Shown: positions 8,735 to 15,452 of the stretch, piece by piece
Numbering within the stretch: the first letter of the stretch is position 1
Layout of the letters: every line of letters begins with the position of its first letter
Origin: Microcystis aeruginosa NIES-2549
GTDB taxonomy: Bacteria > Cyanobacteriota > Cyanobacteriia > Cyanobacteriales > Microcystaceae
Reading direction: 5' to 3'
Assembly: GCF_000981785.2 (NCBI RefSeq)
Contig: NZ_CP011304.1
Location: forward strand, 2,940,001-2,972,000
DNA: 32,000 bases
Notes under the pieces: model-generated
Told to the model about the DNA's origin: nothing
Database searches by the model: none
The model's input: only the letters and a program-made list of their open reading frames with translations
Program-made: the position numbers and the translations under genes

Positions 8735-8826
8735 ATACTAAATCCGTTGAGTACAGGCTACATATCAGGACAGGCACTCATGCAAAGGGGAATAAATAAT
8801 CAGTTTTTAATAACCGGATTTAGTAT
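8735..8826 (+). mobile_element. MITE, copy 1 (about 92 bp) with 12-bp terminal inverted repeats
   Basis: The ends are atactaaatccg ... cggatttagtat. It shares the 5' 19 nt (atactaaatccgttgagta) and the 3' roughly 40 nt (ggggaataaataatcagtttttaataaccggatttag) with the copies at 12882-12999 and 16961-17087. It starts 10 nt after the stop of the upstream gene. Confidence 0.8.
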
Positions 8827-8942
8827 CACATTTGCAGAAATATCGACAATCAGCAATTATTAGTGACTCTTAAATTATTACAAATATATCAGCAGCCGCG
8901 TGTAAGCATCCCACCGAAAAGCTCATGCGCTCCGGGGTTTGG

Positions 8943-9080
8943 GTAGGGTTGATTCATGAATCAACCCTACTATGAATCAACCCTACTATGAATCAACCCT
9001 ACTATGAATCAACCCTACTATGAATCAACCCTACTATGAATCAACCCTACTATGAATCAACCCTACTATGAATCAACCCT
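8943..9080. repeat. 28-bp perfect palindrome followed by a 16-bp tandem array (about 7.75 copies)
   Basis: The palindrome gtagggttgattca|tgaatcaaccctac spans 8943-8970. Its right arm plus ta (tgaatcaaccctacta) is then repeated head-to-tail from 8957 to 9080 with no mismatches. Confidence 0.95.
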
Positions 9081-9085
9081 AGGAG

Positions 9086-9109
9086 TTTGGGGGGTTCTAC
9101 CCCCCAAAA
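9086..9109. other. GC-rich stem-loop between convergent genes
   Basis: tttgggggg-ttcta-ccccccaaa forms a 9-bp stem. No T-run follows on either strand, so a terminator role is uncertain. Confidence 0.3.
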
Positions 9110-9223
9110 GCTTGGATTGAGTAATAAAATCGGAAGTAACGATCAATTTTGGCAGATAGTTTCCCTTTAAAAATCCCAACTTAGTAGATTTACAAAAATG
9201 AGATGCACCCGCTCAAAGATTGC

Positions 9224-10162
9224 TCAACTTGCTAAAGATTGTAGTTCGGAAGTGCCATAAACTCTCACGATTTTGTCTTGGCAGGCCGTGGCGATATAAT
9301 TACCATCGGGACTAAAACAAACCGCATAGATTTTCTGAGGATGGGGAATAGAAATAATCGCTTTTCCTGCTTTTAAATCCCATAATTTTAAGCTTTTATC
9401 ATCACCACCACTGGCTAATAGTTGATTATTAGGACTAACACTAACTGAATTGATATGATCACTATGTTCGCTGAGAGTTTTTACCTCTGTACCTCTTTGA
9501 ATATCCCAGATTTTAATGGTTTTGTCTTTGCTGCCACTGGCTAAAAATTTGTTATTACTGCCGAAATCTACAGATAAAATACCTCCAAACCAATCGGAAT
9601 GACCTTTTAAGGTAATACTGCTTTTTTCTCCCAGATTCCAGATAATTACCGTTTTGTCATTTTCGCCGCCACCACTGGCTAAAAGTTGACCATTTTGACT
9701 AAATTTAACTGTTAGAACTTTATCGCTATGACCTTGTAAAGTAGAAAGAATTTCTCCAGTTTTTACTGACCATATTTTCACCGTTTTATCTTCACTACCA
9801 CTAGCAATAATTTCCCCATCGGGATGAACAGCTACTGCTGTAACTTTATCTTGGTGTCCCGTTAAGGTAGAGATTAGTTCTTTAGTTTCCAGTGACCAAA
9901 TTCTTACGGTTTTATCATCTCCTCCACTAACCAAATATCCTTGACAGGGACTAAAAGCAACAGAGTTAACTCCCTGATCCCACCAACCAGCTTTTTCATG
10001 TCCTTGTAAACTAAATTTTTGATTCTTTTGCCAATCCCAAACAATAATAGTTAACTCGTTATCTCCACTAGCCAAAAATTGACCATCTTGGGAAAAAGTT
10101 AGACATTTAACCTCACCTTCATGGCCTTCTAAAGATTTAAAAGATACTAAACGATTAAACAT
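9224..10162 (-). CDS. WD40 repeat protein (seven-bladed beta-propeller only, no N-terminal domain)
   Basis: 312 aa. It contains seven GH...WD-type repeats (..LQGHEKAG.., ..LTGHQDKVTAVAVHPDG..ASGSEDKTVKIWS.., ..LKGHSD.., ..LSEHSDHINSV..GGDDKSLKLWD..). The ORF begins directly inside repeat 1. Confidence 0.9.
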   Translation of the reverse strand: MFNRLVSFKSLEGHEGEVKCLTFSQDGQFLASGDNELTIIVWDWQKNQKFSLQGHEKAGWWDQGVNSVAFSPCQGYLVSGGDDKTVRIWSLETKELISTLTGHQDKVTAVAVHPDGEIIASGSEDKTVKIWSVKTGEILSTLQGHSDKVLTVKFSQNGQLLASGGGENDKTVIIWNLGEKSSITLKGHSDWFGGILSVDFGSNNKFLASGSKDKTIKIWDIQRGTEVKTLSEHSDHINSVSVSPNNQLLASGGDDKSLKLWDLKAGKAIISIPHPQKIYAVCFSPDGNYIATACQDKIVRVYGTSELQSLAS

Positions 10163-10335
10163 AGTGAAGACATTAGTTAATCAGTATTTTTCGGCATTAC
10201 CCGATGTTGGTTGTTCTGTAGGGGACTAAGCCATCCCTGAGATAACCTTTGAGAAATCTCCGCTGACCACAAGCACGGGGAAGCTATTCTTCCGTAATTA
10301 TAACTAATTACAGCGTTTCTCGTCAAGGAGATGCA

Positions 10336-10377
10336 GCTAATCTAAGGATAGGCGATTAAAATAGGTCTTAGCTTATA
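10336..10377 (+). repeat. 42-bp dispersed repeat, copy 1 (second copy at 25459-25500)
   Basis: gctaatctaaggataggcgattaaaataggtcttagcttata versus gctaatctaagaataagcgatttaaatacatcttagcttact gives about 35/42 identical positions with no gaps. Both copies lie about 250-300 bp upstream of the first gene of a plus-strand gene pair. Confidence 0.7.
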
Positions 10378-10621
10378 AGTACCCGTTGACAATCATAGTA
10401 ATAGGGTGGGTGAGGGGACAATAATCGAAAAAATTGCCCGATAAATTAAGTATTGGCTGTAACCTAGCCAAAAAAGGCTGCCATTTAGGATCGCTATAGG
10501 GTAAGATTAACTATTAGGGTGGAGTTTATTGCCGATTTTAATCTTGTCCTAACCGCGCAAAATTGACAATTGAATCTGTAATTTTAAAAATATCTATCCC
10601 GTCAATCTCATCTAACCACAA

Positions 10622-11752
10622 ATGCTTAAAATTTTAGTTGATGGTACACCGATAAGACAAAATCCTAGTGGAATTGGATTATATGCTTATCACCTGATTG
10701 CCGAATTAGCTAAATTACAAAACCAAGAAAACTTTTCCCTGTCCCTCTGTTTTCAACCATCGGTAAAAAACTGGCTGCGGGGTAATCTTTCTATACCAGA
10801 AAAACTGCAATCCTATCCAGAGGTTAAATGTTTACCAATTCCCGTCAGTCTTAGCAATATCTTAACCCGATTTCCTAATCCTCTAATTCCCTATCTAGAA
10901 AACTTTCTTGATTCTCCCGATATTCTCCACGGATTGGATCATGTGGTGTATCCTTGTCGTCAGAGTCGTCAAGTTATGACTATTCATGATGTTACTTTTA
11001 TAAAATATCCTGAGTTTGTCACGGGGATTGTCAAAACCTACACCCAACGCATTAAACAATCTCTACAATGGACAGATTTAGTTATTGCTAACTCCGCAAG
11101 TACCAAACGAGATATTATTGAATATTTAGATGTGAACCCAGAGAAAATTTTTGTTACTCCCCTTGCAAGTCGTTATTATTCCCTCCCCAATCCTCCCTCA
11201 TCTCTAACTATCACTAAACCCTATTTACTCTTTGTTAGTACCCTAGAACCACGAAAAAATATTATTAATCTTATCACCGCTTTTAACTATCTCAAGGACA
11301 GGTATAAATTAGACCATAATCTGATTCTGATTGGCAAAAAAGGATGGAAGTATCAACCAATTTTTGAGAAAATATCTCAGTCTCCCTTTCGAGATAGTAT
11401 CCAACATCTTGATTATCTTGCCGATGACTTAGTTGCAGATTATTATCAAAAAGCCGATGTTTTTATCTATCCTTCCTTTTATGAAGGTTTTGGATTACCA
11501 GTTTTAGAAGCGATGACTTTAGGTTGTCCCGTGGTAACTGCTAATACTGCATCCTTACCCGAAGTCACTGGGGATTCGGCCATATTAATTAATCCCGATA
11601 ATCCCCTAGAAATTGCTGCGGCAATCTATCAGGTGATTAGTGATACCTCTCTCCGTCAAGAATTAATCACTAAAGGAAAAAAACAAGCAGCAAAATTCTC
11701 TTGGCAAAAAACTGCACAAGCTACTATAAAAGCTTATCGTTCTCTTTTATAA
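10622..11752 (+). CDS. glycosyltransferase, GT4 family (group 1 glycosyl transferase)
   Basis: 376 aa. The C-terminal GT-B domain carries the E-x7-E motif (..[33 protein letters not shown]..). Confidence 0.85.
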   Translation: MLKILVDGTPIRQNPSGIGLYAYHLIAELAKLQNQENFSLSLCFQPSVKNWLRGNLSIPEKLQSYPEVKCLPIPVSLSNILTRFPNPLIPYLENFLDSPDILHGLDHVVYPCRQSRQVMTIHDVTFIKYPEFVTGIVKTYTQRIKQSLQWTDLVIANSASTKRDIIEYLDVNPEKIFVTPLASRYYSLPNPPSSLTITKPYLLFVSTLEPRKNIINLITAFNYLKDRYKLDHNLILIGKKGWKYQPIFEKISQSPFRDSIQHLDYLADDLVADYYQKADVFIYPSFYEGFGLPVLEAMTLGCPVVTANTASLPEVTGDSAILINPDNPLEIAAAIYQVISDTSLRQELITKGKKQAAKFSWQKTAQATIKAYRSLL

Positions 11753-11768
11753 TAACTAGCCAATATCT

Positions 11769-12839
11769 ATGAATAGGAATCATCAATTATTAATCAATCT
11801 CGCTTTTCTAGGTACTAAATATACTGGGTTGACTACCTATACTAAAAATCTCATTCCCCAATTAGCTAACTTAAATCCTACCCTAATCACTTCTAATAGT
11901 TACCCAGATTTTAACACCTATCCTGTGTCGGCAAACCTCACCCAGGAACAGGGAACTAAAGGCAATATTAAGCGCTTAATTTGGACAGAAACCCAACTCT
12001 ATCAAACCTATCAACAATTGAAGTCTTCCCTGCTATTTACCCCCATTCCCGAAGCACCTATTTATGGAAATTGCCGCTATATTGTCACAGTTCATGATTT
12101 AATTCCCCTGCGATTTCCGAAATTTTCTCCCCTAACTTTTTATAATAAATACTATTTACCCCAAGTCCTGAAAAAAGCCACACATATTATCGCTGTTTCC
12201 CAAGCAACGGCCGCCGATATTAATAAGTTTTTTAACATACCTCTTGACAAAATAACCGTGATTCTTTCTGGATATGATTCTGATAATTTTCGTCCTCTAA
12301 ATCTGGCGACTCGTCCCTATTTTCTCTATCTTGGTCGTTATGATCCTCATAAAAATCTCGCTCGTTTAATTACTGCTTTTTCCCAAATCGATCCCGAATA
12401 TCAATTATTAATTGTCGGTCAATTTGACCCCCGTTTTACGCCGGCTCTACAGCAACAGGTAGAAGCATTATCAATCTCTCAAAGAGTGCAATTTTTAAAC
12501 TATGTTTCCTATGAAGAATTGCCGCAACTTTTAAACCAAGCAACTGCTTTAATTTATCCCTCCCTTTGGGAAGGTTTCGGATTACCTGTACTAGAAGCGA
12601 TCGCCTGTGGAACTCCTGTAATTACTTCTAATCTTTCCTCTCTCCCGGAAGTCACAGGAGAGGCGGCAATTTTAATTAATCCCTATAGTATTGATGAGAT
12701 GAGAGAGGCAATGCAGCAAATCGCTACCGATGAACAATTACGCCTAAAATTAAAGTCCCTCAGTCGTCAACGCGCCGAGCTTTTTAGTTGGGAAAAAACT
12801 GGTCAAGAAACCGCCACAATTCTGCAAAGTTTTCTCTAA
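11769..12839 (+). CDS. glycosyltransferase, GT4 family (paralogue of the preceding gene)
   Basis: 356 aa. It has the same motif block (..[33 protein letters not shown]..). A 16-nt gap to the upstream GT suggests an operon. Confidence 0.85.
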   Translation: MNRNHQLLINLAFLGTKYTGLTTYTKNLIPQLANLNPTLITSNSYPDFNTYPVSANLTQEQGTKGNIKRLIWTETQLYQTYQQLKSSLLFTPIPEAPIYGNCRYIVTVHDLIPLRFPKFSPLTFYNKYYLPQVLKKATHIIAVSQATAADINKFFNIPLDKITVILSGYDSDNFRPLNLATRPYFLYLGRYDPHKNLARLITAFSQIDPEYQLLIVGQFDPRFTPALQQQVEALSISQRVQFLNYVSYEELPQLLNQATALIYPSLWEGFGLPVLEAIACGTPVITSNLSSLPEVTGEAAILINPYSIDEMREAMQQIATDEQLRLKLKSLSRQRAELFSWEKTGQETATILQSFL

Positions 12840-12881
12840 AAATGGTGATAAAAAAACTTATCAATCATTTTAGGATGAGTT

Positions 12882-12999
12882 ATACTAAATCCGTTGAGTA
12901 ACGCACAGAAAACGGGTTTCTCCGAGAAACCCGTTTTCTACTCATGCAAAAGGCAACAGGGGGAATAAATAATCAGTTTTTAATAACCGGATTTAGCAT
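12882..12999 (+). mobile_element. MITE, copy 2 (about 118 bp), with a nested hairpin insert
   Basis: It has the same ends as copy 1 (atactaaatccgttgagta ... ggggaataaataatcagtttttaataaccggatttagcat). The centre carries a near-perfect 16-bp-stem palindrome, agaaaacgggtttctc-c-gagaaacccgttttct, which is absent from copies 1 and 3. Confidence 0.8.
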
Positions 13000-13008
13000 C
13001 AACTCGTA

Positions 13009-13034
13009 GTAGGTGGATTCATGAATCCACCTAC
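13009..13034. repeat. 26-bp perfect palindrome related to the 8943-8970 palindrome
   Basis: gtaggtggattca|tgaatccacctac shares the core gattcatgaatc and the outer gtagg..cctac with gtagggttgattcatgaatcaaccctac. It lies 10 nt downstream of MITE copy 2. Confidence 0.85.
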
Positions 13035-13063
13035 CTGGGGTGGGGGAGATTGAGTGTTACTTC

Positions 13064-14017
13064 CTATATATTACTATACCATTCTTCGGGAATTTGAGCG
13101 ACTTTTTCTTGGCCAGTAGGCTGATGAATAGGTTTTCCTAAAGGACGAATTTTGAGATTTCCTTGCAAATAAGCGGCGATTCTTTCCCTGGCAATTTTCA
13201 CATATTCTGCTTCTTTTTCACTCCCCATCACTCGACGATTGTGCATAATACTAGCAATCAGAGAAGTTCCAACCCCGGCAAAAGGATCAAAAACCCAATC
13301 CCCCTCATTTGTCAAGGCTAAAACACATCTTTCTACTAATTCGATTGGATATTGACAAGGATGGATAGTTTTCTCTGGATGATTAGATTTAACGTTAGGA
13401 ATATCCCATAGTAACTCATCCCATTCTTGTGCTAAAAACTCCCAAACATCGCTGGGATTTTTCCCTAAAGGATTACCAGAGGGTTTACCGATATTTTTAC
13501 CTTTAAAATGGCGCTTACCAGGGTATTTAGCGGGGATTCTCACCGGATCAAGATTAAAGATATATTTATCGGTTTTTGTCAACCATAAAATAGTTTCATA
13601 TCTGCCAGAAAATCTTTTAGAGGTATGTAATCCATGGCCAAAATGCCAGACAATTCTATTTCTTAAAAAGAAACCCATTTGTTTAAATAGCTGATAATAA
13701 AAAATATCTAAAGGATAAACTTCTCCCTCTTGAACGAAATTTCCCACCTGCCAGCAAATACTGCCATTATCTTGCAAGATTCTAGGGAATTCTCGCATAA
13801 TTTTGGTTTGGGTTTCCAGATAAGTATCCAAAGAGATTTTTTTTTCGTAGTCTTTTCCTAAATTGTAGGGAGGAGAAGTAATAATCAAGCTCACAGAATT
13901 ATCTGGTATAGTCTTGATAAAATTATTGGTATCTCCTTGATAAAGAATTATTTCGGCATCAGGTTGATAAAAGTCTCGCACTGATTTTGATTGAGAAAAT
14001 AAGGGCAATTGATTCAT
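13064..14017 (-). CDS. site-specific DNA methyltransferase, N6_N4_Mtase family, beta-class (SPPY: N4-cytosine or N6-adenine)
   Basis: 317 aa. The catalytic motif IV, LIITSPPYNLGKDY, is near the N-terminus. The AdoMet motif I, VFDPFAGVGTSLIAS, is near the C-terminus, giving the beta-class order IV-TRD-I. No adjacent endonuclease ORF is present. Confidence 0.85.
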   Translation of the reverse strand: MNQLPLFSQSKSVRDFYQPDAEIILYQGDTNNFIKTIPDNSVSLIITSPPYNLGKDYEKKISLDTYLETQTKIMREFPRILQDNGSICWQVGNFVQEGEVYPLDIFYYQLFKQMGFFLRNRIVWHFGHGLHTSKRFSGRYETILWLTKTDKYIFNLDPVRIPAKYPGKRHFKGKNIGKPSGNPLGKNPSDVWEFLAQEWDELLWDIPNVKSNHPEKTIHPCQYPIELVERCVLALTNEGDWVFDPFAGVGTSLIASIMHNRRVMGSEKEAEYVKIARERIAAYLQGNLKIRPLGKPIHQPTGQEKVAQIPEEWYSNI

Positions 14018-14051
14018 AGAAAATTTAGCAGAGAAGAGCCACTTTTAATTA

Positions 14052-14120
14052 GGTTTTGCGGCAAAAAGTTTTTCCTGGGGGCAGGGTGTGCGGTGTGGGG
14101 TGTGGGGTTTTACCCATTTT
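14052..14120. repeat. G/C-rich dispersed repeat, copy B
   Basis: ggttttgcggcaaaaagtttttcctgggggcagggtgtgcggtgtggggtgtggggttttacccatttt is the inverted match of 2343-2405, with an extra gtgcggt heptamer. Confidence 0.8.
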
Positions 14121-14210
14121 ACATCCAATATTCAAGAGAGCCAGTTTTTTCAAACAATTAATGTCATCTGTAGCCAGCAAAGATATAACAAGAATTCTAC
14201 TTTTTTAGAT

Positions 14211-14251
14211 AAAAATCGGGAAGAAAGTTTTAACTTTTTTCTATTCTTCCC
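14211..14251 (-). terminator. Rho-independent terminator downstream of the MBL-fold gene
   Basis: On the minus strand, gggaagaa / ttcttccc forms an 8-bp stem (14218-14225 and 14244-14251) with an 18-nt loop, followed by gattttt. Confidence 0.45.
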
Positions 14252-14261
14252 TTAACTCAGA

Positions 14262-15044
14262 TTAGCTCAAACCAGAAACGCACTCGCCTAATTCCACTGT
14301 AAAAGGTTGCCAAGGACGAGGATCAATTACTTTTGTCGGTAAGGCATGGGATGTTAATAATTCTTGAAAAGATTCGGGACTACCCTCGGCACTTAACACC
14401 GCCATCAATAAACCTTTAAACTCGATATCACCACCGGCAGCCGTAGAAATAATATATTCGGGCCGCAAGCGTTGACAGACTGCCAAGGCGCTTTCTTGTC
14501 CTTTGATTACCGGTCCGAGGAAAGGTATTTTTAAGTCAATCAAAGGAGTGATAATCACGGAGATTTTACCGAGAGAATCGAGGCTAGGAGAATGATAACC
14601 GTGGGGTTCGTAGTAGATACTCTGATTTGTCGCTAATTCCTTGATAACATAACCATTTTCCACCAGAGTCGGCCCGACTGGAGAACCGGGGACGGCAGTA
14701 ATTTCGATCGCATTGTCAAAGATATAACTAGAGCCGTGGGTTAAAGAAATGCGATGGGTATAATTAAGCGCTCGAACTACTTTCTCGGCATTTGGAGAAG
14801 CTACCACGGGAATTTGGCGATCAAGTACCTGTAAAGTAGGAGGATGGGCGTGATCTTCCAAACCTTGGGAGAGAAGAATCAGATCGATATTTTGGGGAAT
14901 GGCATGATTAGCGGTTTTTTTGCCCTCAAATAGCCAAGTTAAATTACCAAAAGTCAGGGAACCTACCAACCAAGGGTCGAGAAGCAGGCGTTTTCCCCCG
15001 ATTTCGATTAACCAAGAATTACTATCAAGCCAAGTTAACTGCAT
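14262..15044 (-). CDS. MBL-fold metallo-hydrolase
   Basis: 260 aa. It has the N-terminal beta-lactamase-fold pattern (..WLDSNSWLIEIGGKRLLLDPW..) and a variant metal-binding motif, LLSQGLEDHAHPPTL. Confidence 0.7.
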   Translation of the reverse strand: MQLTWLDSNSWLIEIGGKRLLLDPWLVGSLTFGNLTWLFEGKKTANHAIPQNIDLILLSQGLEDHAHPPTLQVLDRQIPVVASPNAEKVVRALNYTHRISLTHGSSYIFDNAIEITAVPGSPVGPTLVENGYVIKELATNQSIYYEPHGYHSPSLDSLGKISVIITPLIDLKIPFLGPVIKGQESALAVCQRLRPEYIISTAAGGDIEFKGLLMAVLSAEGSPESFQELLTSHALPTKVIDPRPWQPFTVELGECVSGLS

Positions 15045-15317
15045 ATAAGCCGAGGAATAATGGAGATTTTCTTAATTTAATTTAACATTAGCATTAACTT
15101 TTCTGCGCTTGGGGGTTTTTCAGTCATCAGTGAAAACACAGCACTGTTAATGCCATTTATAGCAGTTATCTTAATGGTGAGGTAGGAAGTCTCTGGTTTT
15201 AGGGAACGGGCAACAGTAGCCAGTCGTCAGGGGGTGATACCAAATTAGGTTACACTTCATCTTGAGGAGAAACGCTGTCACACTCCTCACTCAATGCCGG
15301 TCACTGAAAACCCAAAT

Positions 15318-15359
15318 CTGATCACTGATTACTGATTACTGATCACTGATCACTGATTA
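15318..15359. repeat. heptanucleotide tandem repeat (STRR-like), CTGAT(C/T)A x6
   Basis: The units read ctgatca ctgatta ctgatta ctgatca ctgatca ctgatta. The array lies in the gnd upstream region. Confidence 0.9.
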
Positions 15360-15452
15360 GTCAAGGCTTAAGAAATAGGGAAAGTTTAGCTATCTTAGGG
15401 AAAGTAGGCGCTAAAAGGGGAGGAAGAACGCATCAGCCGAGACTGAATTTCT

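Noticed and set aside
8943-9080. Possible CRISPR array (regular short repeats)
   Set aside because: The units are directly abutting 16-mers with no spacers, and no cas genes are in the window. It is a simple tandem repeat derived from one arm of a palindrome.
10563-10591. Sigma-70-type promoter for the GT4 operon (TTGACA at 10563-10568, A-rich -10-like taaaaat about 17 nt downstream)
   Set aside because: The -35 is perfect but the -10 is poor (no clear TAnnnT). This is not enough evidence without TSS data.
13064-15044. Restriction-modification operon (methyltransferase plus the neighbouring MBL-fold gene as nuclease)
   Set aside because: The MBL-fold ORF looks like a conserved housekeeping-type hydrolase. 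It is separated from the methyltransferase by 244 bp containing a terminator-like hairpin and a dispersed repeat. Nothing indicates an endonuclease.
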